Origin: Oscillospiraceae bacterium
GTDB taxonomy: Bacteria; Bacillota; Clostridia; Oscillospirales; Oscillospiraceae
NCBI GenBank assembly: GCA_016282135.1
Contig: JAEEKA010000117.1
Span: 1,611 to 65,610, forward strand
Direction of reading: 5' to 3'
Length of the DNA: 64,000 bases
Shown piece by piece: positions 49,640 through 57,700 of the stretch. The position numbers and the translations under genes are program-made. Numbering within the stretch: the stretch's first letter is position 1; each line of letters begins with the position of its first letter. Below the pieces are notes generated by a model. That model did no database searches. It was not told where the DNA came from and was given only the letters and a program-made list of their open reading frames with translations.

Positions 49640-50172
49640 TGAAGACCAAAACCAGGCTGGACCTGCGGCATCTGATTATCTTTCCCATGTTTGCGGCGAT
49701 CCTGTTCTGCTCCAAGCAGCTTTTGGAAGCGCTGCCCAACGTGGAGCTGGTCAGCACCCTCACCATGGTCTATACCCTGGTCTACCGAAAATGGGCCTTG
49801 ATTCCCATCTACCTGTATGCCCTCCTACAGGGCATTTTCTGGGGCTTTCCCCTATGGTGGGTCCCATATCTCTACGTCTGGACTGTCCTTTGGAGCATTA
49901 CCATGCTCCTGCCCAAGGAGCTGCCGCTCCGATGGGGCGTTCCGGTGTATGCCGGAGTTTGCGCCCTCTTCGGAATGGCGTACGGGACGCTTTGGGCGCC
50001 CTTCCATATCCTCGCCTACGCGAATGGCGACTGGAATAAGATGCTGCCATGGATTATCACGGGTCTGCCTTGGGACCTGACTCATGCCCTGGGGAACTTG
50101 GGGCTTGGGCTGCTGATCGTCCCCCTGACTACCCTCCTGCGCAGCCTGGAGGCCCGCACACAGCGCCAATAG
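49639..50172 (+). CDS. ECF-transporter S component (putative cobalamin-specific)
   Basis: 177 aa, ~6 TM. TAATG overlap with the DUF4430 gene. Sits behind the cobalamin riboswitch. Confidence 0.65.
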   Translation: MKTKTRLDLRHLIIFPMFAAILFCSKQLLEALPNVELVSTLTMVYTLVYRKWALIPIYLYALLQGIFWGFPLWWVPYLYVWTVLWSITMLLPKELPLRWGVPVYAGVCALFGMAYGTLWAPFHILAYANGDWNKMLPWIITGLPWDLTHALGNLGLGLLIVPLTTLLRSLEARTQRQ

Positions 50173-50179
50173 AACAAAT

Positions 50180-50209
50180 CAGCCCGCAGAGCGCATGCTC
50201 TGCGGGCTG
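50180..50209 (+). terminator. Hairpin terminator after the ECF S-component gene
   Basis: 13-bp stem CAGCCCGCAGAGC-gcat-GCTCTGCGGGCTG. The following T tract is weak. Confidence 0.55.
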
Positions 50210-50450
50210 AAACGTTTCAAGGCTGAAAATTGAGAATAAAAAGTGGATAGTTGTGGGATCGTTCCAATTGCCATTGGAAGGGACAGTGGAGGATTTCAGG
50301 AAGATGCTCGTTTGTTGGCGCAGACGCTTGCCTGATCGCGTGAAAAAGGCTGTATCGGATAATTTGGTTCTGTTTTTCAAGTGTCATTTTGAAAAACTCG
50401 CTGTTTTCAATTCTCAATTCTCAATTCGCCCCGCTTTGCGGGCTGAAACG
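50201..50450. repeat. AT-rich 236-bp island bounded by a perfect 14-bp direct repeat (TGCGGGCTGAAACG), with GAGAATT-type heptamer ends
   Basis: Direct repeats at 50201-50214 and 50437-50450. AATTGAGAAT sits near the left end. Three TCAATTC units at 50407-50427 near the right end are in inverted orientation to the left-end motif. Confidence 0.6.
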
Positions 50451-50458
50451 ATAGCAGT

Positions 50459-53400
50459 TTATACAAGCGCCCGGTAAAGGAAAGTCAGAATTTGGGCTCT
50501 GGTGCAGAAGCTTTCCGGGGAGAAGCGGTCGGGGGCAGTGCCGGAGCTGACGCCGGCCCCCACGGCCCAGAGGACGGCCGGATAATAGTATTCGGAATCC
50601 GCCACGTCCCGGAAGGGGTTCTCCGCGCCAGACGCCTCGGGATCGTCCAGATAATGCCAGAGGAAGGTAATGGCCTCCGCCCGGGTGCAGGTCTTGCCGG
50701 GGGAGAAGGTGGAGGCGGAGGTGCCGGCGGTGATGCCGTTCTCCACGGCCCAGAGCACGGCCTTGCAGTAGAAGGCGTTCTCCTTGACGTCCGTAAAGGG
50801 ATTCTCCGCGGCCTCCGGCTCCGGACTGCCCGCGGCCCGCCAGAGGAAGGTCATGATCTCCGCCCGGCTGCAGAGCTTGTGAGGGGAGAAGCTGTCGCTG
50901 CCGGTGCCGGTGCTGATGCCCTGGGTATAGGCCCAGTCAATGGGATCGTGGGCCCAGTGGGATTTGGGCGGCATGTCCTGGAACACGGAGCCGGGGCAGG
51001 TGATTCCGTCGCAGGGCGTCCAGCCCTCGTCTCCGCCGCCGTCGGCCTTCACGGTGACGGTGCAGGTGACGGTTCCGGAGATTTTGGTGATCCGGTAGGC
51101 GTTTTCCGTTCCAATCTCGTCGGGGCCCTTCAGGTTCTTGAAGGCCTCGGCAGGCTCGGCGGTGATGCTTTCCAGGGTGTAGCCCTCCTCCATGTGGAGG
51201 ATAAAGTTCACCTGCCCGGCGCCGCTGAGATCCACCTGGCCGGAGACGCTGTCTCTGGCCAGGGCGATGACGGCGTTGTCCGTCCCGTTGGCGCTCAGGT
51301 CCTGGGTGGGATAGGCGGTGACGGAGCAGTGCTCGCCGCAGGCGAAGATCACCTTGGGGGCCTCCAGACCGCAGTGGATGCAGAAGCCGTCCTCGTCAAA
51401 TTCATGCGGACAGACGTTGGTGGAGGCAGTTACGGTAACGGTGACCGGGCCGGTGAGCTTGGTGATCCGGTAGGCGTTTTCCGTGCCGATCTCCTCGGGA
51501 CCCTTCAGATTCTTGAAATTGGCCGCGGGCGTTACCACCACGCTTTCCACCTCATATCCTGCCTCGGGCACCACCAGGAAATTCACCTGCCCGCTGCCGC
51601 TGACGTCGATCCCGCCGCTGTCTCCGCTGCGGGGGAAGGCATAGGCCGCGTTGGCTGTGCCGCCGGCGGTCAGATCCTGGGTGGGGAAGACGGTGACGGA
51701 GACGCCCTCGGAGCATGCAAACACAGCCCGGAAGGCCTCCAGATTACAGCGAGAGCAGACGCCGGTGGTATCGTCGAAATCGTGGCCCAGGGCCTCGACG
51801 GCCTCAGTCATGGTCTCGCCGCAGACGGTACAGGTAAAGGTGCGTTCTCCGGCCTCGGTGCAGGTGGGGGTCAGGGTGATCGTGCCCTCGTCCCAGCTGT
51901 GGCCGTCCTGGCAGGGGCCGGGATCCCCGGTGGGATCGGTGAAGTTGGTCCGGTACTGGCCGCCGCAGTGGGAGCAGGTATAGAGATCATAGCCCTCCCG
52001 GGTTTCGGTGGGGGCGACGGTCTCAAAGGACCAGTCGTGGCCGGTGGGCGCGATTTCCCGGGTCACGGTGCCGCCGCAGCCGGAGCAGACCGCGGTTTCG
52101 ATTCCTGCCGTCGTGCAGCCGGGCGCCGTGGTCTGAACGTAGATGCCGTAGCTGTGCTCGGTCCAGAACCTGCTGACAGTGGGGGTGGAGGAATCAGAGG
52201 AAATGGACCAGCCGCTGCCGGAGCTCATGGTTGGCGCGGAATAGAGGGCGTAGTTGACGGCTTTGGGGGCCTTGATGCTGAATACGGTCTGATTGGAGGA
52301 ATTCTTCACCACCACGGTCTTGCCGCTGGCAATGGAGGAACCGCCGCCGCCCCAGCCGGAGGAGCCGAACTTCACGTAGGGCTGGCTGCCGCTGCCCGGA
52401 TTCTCCGCCATCTGGCGGGAGCCCGCGGCAAAGACCGTGGCCCCGTTGATCAGCAGGGTGCCGTCGCAGTCCAGGGGAGCGTTGTCGGAGCCGCTGCCGC
52501 TGGAGGACGCGCCCCAGACGATGATGCTGCCGCCGGTGAGGCTTTCACTGCCGTTGGAGTCCAGGCCGTCGCCCCCCGCGTTGACGTTGACCATGCCGCC
52601 GGAGACCACCAGCTCATAGTCGCCGGCGTCGCCGCCGCCGGGGCCGGGATTCCAGGGGTCCCAGGGGCCGGGATCGGAGCCGTTGCTGCTGCCTCCGGCG
52701 GCGTTGACGCCGTCGTCGGAGGAGCTGACGTCATAGCAGCCGGAACGGATGTAGAGGTTCTTGGCTTCCAGCCCTTCGTAGCAGTTGACAACGCTCAGGT
52801 GGATTGCGCAGTCGGCGCCGTTCACCGCGCCGAAGTCGGCCTGACTGTTTGCGTGGACGCCGTCGTCTCCGGTCCGGATGTTGAATTCGCCCCCCTGGAT
52901 GACCACAAAACCGTCGGCGTGGATGGCGTCGTCGGCGGTGTTCAGCTCAAAGCTGCCGCCGTTGATGGTGACGGTGTTGTCGGTGTCCTCCTGGTCGGTG
53001 GAGTCGTCGGTGTTGCGGGAGGCCTTGAGCCCTTTCCAGCTCATGGTGTCGCCGTTGAAGCTGCTGTCATTGTAGCCGCTTCCGGTCTTGATGGTGATGC
53101 TGCCGCCGTTGACGGTGAGATTCTGGGCAGCCTGGATGCCGTCTCCCTTGGGATAAAGCAGGAGCGTGCCGCCGTCGATGACGATATTTCCGGCGCAGCC
53201 CGCCTCCGGGTCCACCGCGTCCGGGTCGGAGCGGATGGCGTCCCCGTCGGCGGTGGTGATTTCCAGGGTTCCGCCCCGGATGACCATGGTGTTGTCGCTG
53301 GAGATGCCGTTTTTGGCAGAGTTGACCTTGAGCGTCAGCTCGTCAATGGTGAGGCTGCCGGATTCGCCCACCTTCAGGGCGTTCTTGCTGGCGCAGTTCA

Positions 53401-54244
53401 GGTTCAATACACCCGCGCCGTTCAAGCTCAGCTGAGCGCCGGATTTGGCCTTGATGACGGCGGATTCGGCGTAGACGGCGTTCTCGCCGTTGCCGCCGTC
53501 CTCCGCGCTGCCGTAGGTGTCGGCGTTGTTGAAGGCGCTGTCCCTCAGACTGCTGGTCCAGCCCGCCAGGGCCGTCACAGTAACGGTGCTGGTGGATTCC
53601 TTCTTCACGGTGACGGGGGCGGTAAAGGAGGAGCTCAGATCCAGCCCCGCCAGCAGGAGCACGGCGGGACCGGTGGCGGCCTTCTTCACGGCGATGGAGC
53701 CGTCCGTACCTGTGCCGGTGAAGACGAAGGTGCCCCCGGTTTTCTTGATGTTGACGCAGAGCTTATAGGCGTCGGTATTCTCATAGACCTGGTTCCCGTC
53801 CCCGTCCGTGGCGACGGGCAGGGGGAAATTGGCGTCTCCCTCCAGGTACTCCTCCCCCGCGGCGTTGATGCCGGAAATTTCGTATGCGCCGCTGCTGCCG
53901 GGGATTACCGTGAGCTTCCCACCGTCGAAGACGAAGGTGGTGTAGCCCACGGGAACGTCAAAGACCGCGTATCCGGAGGCGGTTTGAACGGTGAGGCGGG
54001 CCGTGCCCACGGCTCCGTCCCTGGCGATGACCCGGACCTGATCGCCGCGGATCTCCACAATGGCCAGGTCGTTGTCGTCCACCTGGGCGGAAAGGGGGAC
54101 TTCCCCGCAGGTAACGACGGCCCCGGTATTGCCGGTGAGGACCGCCGTGCAGGCCGTGCCGCGCTCCGCCGTGACAGCGGGGAGCAACCCCGCCATCAGG
54201 CAAAGGCAGAGCGCCAGGGCCAGTAACTTACGAATTTTTCGCAT
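50459..54244 (-). CDS. SLH-anchored large surface protein with a Cthe_2159-like beta-helix carbohydrate-binding region, three CxxC-pair units and two Ig-like repeats
   Basis: Signal peptide MRKIRKLLALALCLCLMAGLLPAVTA. Repeated ...SSDDG(I/V)NA..., ...ADDAIHADG...GG.F.I.TGDDG(V)H... beta-helix rungs typical of PF14262. Units C..(A)G....C..CG...GH(D/S)(W/F). Two ~105-aa repeats ending NLKGP(E/D)EIGTENAYRITK. Three SLH at the C-terminus. Confidence 0.85.
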   Translation of the reverse strand: MRKIRKLLALALCLCLMAGLLPAVTAERGTACTAVLTGNTGAVVTCGEVPLSAQVDDNDLAIVEIRGDQVRVIARDGAVGTARLTVQTASGYAVFDVPVGYTTFVFDGGKLTVIPGSSGAYEISGINAAGEEYLEGDANFPLPVATDGDGNQVYENTDAYKLCVNIKKTGGTFVFTGTGTDGSIAVKKAATGPAVLLLAGLDLSSSFTAPVTVKKESTSTVTVTALAGWTSSLRDSAFNNADTYGSAEDGGNGENAVYAESAVIKAKSGAQLSLNGAGVLNLNCASKNALKVGESGSLTIDELTLKVNSAKNGISSDNTMVIRGGTLEITTADGDAIRSDPDAVDPEAGCAGNIVIDGGTLLLYPKGDGIQAAQNLTVNGGSITIKTGSGYNDSSFNGDTMSWKGLKASRNTDDSTDQEDTDNTVTINGGSFELNTADDAIHADGFVVIQGGEFNIRTGDDGVHANSQADFGAVNGADCAIHLSVVNCYEGLEAKNLYIRSGCYDVSSSDDGVNAAGGSSNGSDPGPWDPWNPGPGGGDAGDYELVVSGGMVNVNAGGDGLDSNGSESLTGGSIIVWGASSSGSGSDNAPLDCDGTLLINGATVFAAGSRQMAENPGSGSQPYVKFGSSGWGGGGSSIASGKTVVVKNSSNQTVFSIKAPKAVNYALYSAPTMSSGSGWSISSDSSTPTVSRFWTEHSYGIYVQTTAPGCTTAGIETAVCSGCGGTVTREIAPTGHDWSFETVAPTETREGYDLYTCSHCGGQYRTNFTDPTGDPGPCQDGHSWDEGTITLTPTCTEAGERTFTCTVCGETMTEAVEALGHDFDDTTGVCSRCNLEAFRAVFACSEGVSVTVFPTQDLTAGGTANAAYAFPRSGDSGGIDVSGSGQVNFLVVPEAGYEVESVVVTPAANFKNLKGPEEIGTENAYRITKLTGPVTVTVTASTNVCPHEFDEDGFCIHCGLEAPKVIFACGEHCSVTAYPTQDLSANGTDNAVIALARDSVSGQVDLSGAGQVNFILHMEEGYTLESITAEPAEAFKNLKGPDEIGTENAYRITKISGTVTCTVTVKADGGGDEGWTPCDGITCPGSVFQDMPPKSHWAHDPIDWAYTQGISTGTGSDSFSPHKLCSRAEIMTFLWRAAGSPEPEAAENPFTDVKENAFYCKAVLWAVENGITAGTSASTFSPGKTCTRAEAITFLWHYLDDPEASGAENPFRDVADSEYYYPAVLWAVGAGVSSGTAPDRFSPESFCTRAQILTFLYRALV

Positions 54245-54337
54245 GGTGTGATTCCTCCTTTTGGGATGATACGGAAATTATACCATGTCGAACCTTATTT
54301 ATAATTTAAAATTGTGTGTGTTTTTCTTGACAAATTC

Positions 54338-54383
54338 CCTCCTTCCGTATAAAATAACAAGTGTTATTTTATACGGAAGGAGG
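54338..54383. promoter_or_regulatory. Perfect 22+22 bp palindrome (2-nt spacer): candidate TetR operator and/or RBS-sequestering hairpin
   Basis: CCTCCTTCCGTATAAAATAACA-ag-TGTTATTTTATACGGAAGGAGG. It overlaps the -10 of a putative promoter (TTGACA at 54327-54332, -10 TAAAAT at 54350-54355), and the right arm contains the TetR RBS GGAAGGAGG. Confidence 0.7.
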
Positions 54384-54390
54384 CAACGCC

Positions 54391-54963
54391 ATGGCCGCGC
54401 CCGTGCGGATCACCGAGGCCGCCATTCGGGAGGCCGCGCTTCGCCTTGTTCGGGAACAGGGTCCCCAGGCCCTGAACGCCAGAGCCCTGGCCGCCGCCCT
54501 GGGCTGCTCCACCCAGCCGATTTTCAAGAATTTCCCCTCCATGGAGGCCCTGCGGCGGGCTGTGGTGGAGGATGCCCTGGCCGCCTACCACCGCTTTGTG
54601 GAGGCCGCTGTGACCGTGTCGCTTTTCCCGCCCTACAAGGCCCGGGGCCTGGCCTACATCGGCTTTGCCCGGGCGGAGCCCGCCCTGTTCCGTCTGCTTT
54701 TTATGCGCAGCCGGACCGGGGAAACGGAAAGCCCGGAGGACCCGGATTGGACCGCAGATTCTGCCCGGGCCGGGAGCAGCGCGGGCCTGGCAGGGCAAGA
54801 TGCGGAGCTGTTTCACCTGGAAATGTGGGCCCTGGTCCACGGCATCGCCGTGATGCAGGCCACGGGCTATCTGAACCTGGAGGAGGCTACCGTCAGCCAA
54901 ATGCTGACCGACGCCTTCCGGGGTATCAAAGCAAGTTGGGAGGAAAATCATGAATGCCATTGA
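54391..54963 (+). CDS. TetR/AcrR-family transcriptional regulator
   Basis: N-terminal HTH ...AALRLVREQGPQALNARALAAALGCSTQPIFKNFPSMEAL.... ATG at 54391, 7 nt after GGAAGGAGG. Confidence 0.85.
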   Translation: MAAPVRITEAAIREAALRLVREQGPQALNARALAAALGCSTQPIFKNFPSMEALRRAVVEDALAAYHRFVEAAVTVSLFPPYKARGLAYIGFARAEPALFRLLFMRSRTGETESPEDPDWTADSARAGSSAGLAGQDAELFHLEMWALVHGIAVMQATGYLNLEEATVSQMLTDAFRGIKASWEENHECH

Positions 54964-55678
54964 AATCAAGGGCCTTACCAAGCGGTACGGTGACCTGACC
55001 GCGGTAAACAGCCTGGATCTGACGGTCCGTCAGGGGGAGCTGTTCGCCCTGCTGGGGGTCAACGGCGCCGGCAAGACCACCACCATTAAAATGCTCTCCT
55101 GCCTGACCCGCCCCGACGGGGGCGACGCCCTGCTCTTGGGGAAAAGCGTCATCAGGGAAGCGGAAGAAGTGAAGAAGCTGCTGGCGGTTTCTCCCCAGGA
55201 GACCGCCGTGGCGCCCAAGCTCACCGTGCGGGAGAATCTGGAGCTGATGGCCGGAATCTCCGGCGCGGGAAAGGAAGAGAGCAAACGGCGGATCGACGCC
55301 CTCAGCGGCCAGCTTGGCCTGGAGGAGGTCCTGATCCGTCCCGCCGGGAAGCTCTCCGGGGGCTGGCAGCGGCGGCTGAGCATCGCCATGGCCCTGATCC
55401 TGGAACCGAAAATCCTCTTCCTGGACGAGCCCACCCTGGGGTTGGACGTGCTGGCCCGCTCCGCCCTCTGGGAGGTGATCCGGGGCCTCAAGGGAGAGCT
55501 GACGATGATTCTGACGACTCACTACATGGAGGAGGCGGAGGAGCTCTCAGACCGGATCGGCGTTATGGGAGCGGGACAGCTTCTGCAGGTGGGCACCGCG
55601 GCGGAGCTGAAGGCCGCCACCGGAACCGACACCTTGGAGAAGGCCTTTATCGCTCTGGCAAAGGAGGCGGCAAAATGA
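54950..55678 (+). CDS. ABC transporter ATP-binding protein (ABC-2/DrrA type)
   Basis: GVNGAGKTT, LSGGWQRRL, ILFLDEPT. Overlaps the TetR gene end. Confidence 0.9.
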   Translation: MNAIEIKGLTKRYGDLTAVNSLDLTVRQGELFALLGVNGAGKTTTIKMLSCLTRPDGGDALLLGKSVIREAEEVKKLLAVSPQETAVAPKLTVRENLELMAGISGAGKEESKRRIDALSGQLGLEEVLIRPAGKLSGGWQRRLSIAMALILEPKILFLDEPTLGLDVLARSALWEVIRGLKGELTMILTTHYMEEAEELSDRIGVMGAGQLLQVGTAAELKAATGTDTLEKAFIALAKEAAK

Positions 55679-56409
55679 GAAAAGCAATGCTGCTGGCAAA
55701 GCGAAATGCCAAGGAGATCCTGCGGGACCCCCTGAATCTGTTTTTCGGGCTGGGCTTTCCGCTGGTGCTTCTGGGCCTGCTGACGGCCATTCAGTCCAAC
55801 GTCCCCAAGGAGCTGTTCACCCTGGATCAACTGGCCCCGGGGATCACGGTTTTCGGTCTGGCCTTTATGAGCCTGTTTTCGGCCACTTTGATCTCCAAGG
55901 ACCGGACCTCCGCCCTGCTGCTCCGGCTCTATACCACGCCCCTACGCCCGGTGGACTACATTCTGGGCTACACGCTGCCCATGGTGCCCATCGCCCTGGC
56001 CCAGACGGCTATTACCCTGGTCTTCGGCCTGATTCTGGGCCTGACCTGGACGCCCAGGCTTCTGCTCTGCGTCCTGGTGAACCTTCCTGCCAGTCTGATC
56101 TTCATCGCCCTGGGCCTGCTCTGCGGCAGCCTGCTGACGGACAAGCAGGTGGGGGGCGTCTGCGGCGCCCTGCTCACCAACCTCACCGGCTGGTTTGCCG
56201 GGATCTGGTTTGACGTGGCGCTGGTGGGCGGCGTCTTTGCGGCCATTGCCAAGGCTTTGCCCTTCTACCATGCGGTGGAGCTGGCCAAGGCTGCCTACGC
56301 CGGGACCCTGGGCAGCGCCCTGGCCCACCTCTGGGTGGTCCTGGCCTGGGCCGTCGGCCTCTCCGTGGCCGCCGTCTGGGCCTTCCTGCGCCAGATGCGG
56401 AAGAATTGA
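55675..56409 (+). CDS. ABC-2-type permease
   Basis: 244 aa, 6 TM. ATGA overlap with the ATPase gene. Confidence 0.8.
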   Translation: MRKAMLLAKRNAKEILRDPLNLFFGLGFPLVLLGLLTAIQSNVPKELFTLDQLAPGITVFGLAFMSLFSATLISKDRTSALLLRLYTTPLRPVDYILGYTLPMVPIALAQTAITLVFGLILGLTWTPRLLLCVLVNLPASLIFIALGLLCGSLLTDKQVGGVCGALLTNLTGWFAGIWFDVALVGGVFAAIAKALPFYHAVELAKAAYAGTLGSALAHLWVVLAWAVGLSVAAVWAFLRQMRKN

Positions 56410-56477
56410 CTCAGGCAACAGGAGAACAACGCCATACGTAATCCGCAGTACCTTGTTTTGATGAAACCTTTCCTTAG

Positions 56478-56505
56478 GGGCCGATGACTGCATCGGCCCT
56501 TTTTT
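56478..56505 (+). terminator. Terminator of the TetR-ABC operon
   Basis: GGGCCGATG-actg-CATCGGCCC followed by TTTTTT. Confidence 0.8.
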
Positions 56506-56531
56506 CTGTCGAAATATTTTTGAAAAAACCC

Positions 56532-56586
56532 TTGACAAATCGTTCAGATTGTATTATAACAATAACACAGTAAAACAATAATACAG
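56532..56586 (+). promoter_or_regulatory. Promoter plus direct/inverted repeats (candidate GntR operator)
   Basis: TTGACA (56532-56537), a 17-nt spacer, then TATAAC. ACAATAACACAG (56559-56570) and ACAATAATACAG (56575-56586) are direct repeats. TGTATTAT (56550-56557) is inverted with respect to ATAATACA (56578-56585). Confidence 0.5.
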
Positions 56587-56620
56587 CAACACAATCCAAG
56601 CATCATAAGGAGGCGATGCC

Positions 56621-56995
56621 ATGCGGTGGGAATTCCACAACGACGCGCCAATCTACGCCCAGGTCATGGAACGGGTGGAGCGGATGATTGTCTCCGGCGC
56701 GCTGACGCCGGGAGAACGGCTGCCCTCGGTGCGGACCTTCGCCCTGGAGGCGGGGGTCAACCCCAACACTATGCAAAAGGCGCTCACGGAGTTGGAGCGG
56801 GGCGGGCTGATCTACAGTCAGCGGACCTCCGGCCACTTTGTCACCGAGGACCAGGCGGTGATCGCTTCGGTTCGGGCGGAGCTGGCGGAGCTCCACACAG
56901 ACCGCTTCCTGCAGGACATGCGGGAGCTGGGATTTACCTCGGCGCAGACCGCCGAGCTGCTTCATCGGAAGCTGGAAAACAAAGAGGAGGAATGA
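56621..56995 (+). CDS. GntR-family (YtrA-subfamily) transcriptional regulator
   Basis: 124 aa. Winged-helix ...PIYAQVMERVERMIVSGALTPGERLPSVRTFALEAGVNPNTMQKALTELE... with the short C-terminal domain typical of YtrA. Confidence 0.85.
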   Translation: MRWEFHNDAPIYAQVMERVERMIVSGALTPGERLPSVRTFALEAGVNPNTMQKALTELERGGLIYSQRTSGHFVTEDQAVIASVRAELAELHTDRFLQDMRELGFTSAQTAELLHRKLENKEEE

Positions 56996-57001
56996 TTCTT
57001 T

Positions 57002-57700
57002 ATGCCGATTTTAACCTGTGAAAATCTCTCCAAGCGATACGGAACCGTCCAGGCCCTGGACCATGTGAATCTGAACATTGAGCCGGGCCGGATCGTGGGG
57101 CTTTTGGGGCCCAACGGCAGCGGCAAATCCACGCTGATCAAGCTGGCCAACGGCCTGCTGACTCCCACCGAGGGACAAATTCTGATCGACGGCAAGGCCC
57201 CCGGGGTGGAGACCAAGGCCATCGTTTCCTACCTGCCGGAGCGGACCTATCTGGCCGACTGGATGAGCGTCCGGCAGATTCTGGATTTCTTCCAGGACTT
57301 CTACGGAGACTTCGACCGGGAGCGGGCCATCGCCATGCTCAGCCATCTGGGCATTGCGGAAAAGCAGCGGATCAAGCAGATGTCCAAGGGCACCCGGGAA
57401 AAGGTCCAGCTGATTCTGGTGATGAGCCGCCGGGCCAAGCTCTACCTGCTGGATGAGCCCATCGGCGGCGTGGACCCCGCCGCCCGGGACTACATTCTCA
57501 ACACCATCATCGGCAACTATGACCCCAGCGCCGCGGTGGTGATCTCCACCCACCTGATCGCGGACGTGGAGCAGATGCTGGACGAGGTTATTTTCATCAA
57601 CGGCGGCCATATCTTGCGCCATACCTCCGTGGACGAGATCCGCGAGGAGATGGGCAAGTCTGTGGACGCTCTGTTCAGGGAGGAATTCAAATGTTTCTGA
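57002..57700 (+). CDS. ABC transporter ATP-binding protein
   Basis: GPNGSGKST, MSKGTREKV (diverged signature), LYLLDEPIGGVD. Confidence 0.85.
   Translation: MPILTCENLSKRYGTVQALDHVNLNIEPGRIVGLLGPNGSGKSTLIKLANGLLTPTEGQILIDGKAPGVETKAIVSYLPERTYLADWMSVRQILDFFQDFYGDFDRERAIAMLSHLGIAEKQRIKQMSKGTREKVQLILVMSRRAKLYLLDEPIGGVDPAARDYILNTIIGNYDPSAAVVISTHLIADVEQMLDEVIFINGGHILRHTSVDEIREEMGKSVDALFREEFKCF

Noticed and set aside
50217-50417. 66-aa minus-strand ORF (and the 74-aa plus-strand ORF at 50253-50477) inside the AT-rich island
   Set aside because: No convincing RBS, no recognisable family, and the starts lie inside the heptamer repeat. I treat the island as non-coding, though a remnant or a micro-protein cannot be excluded.
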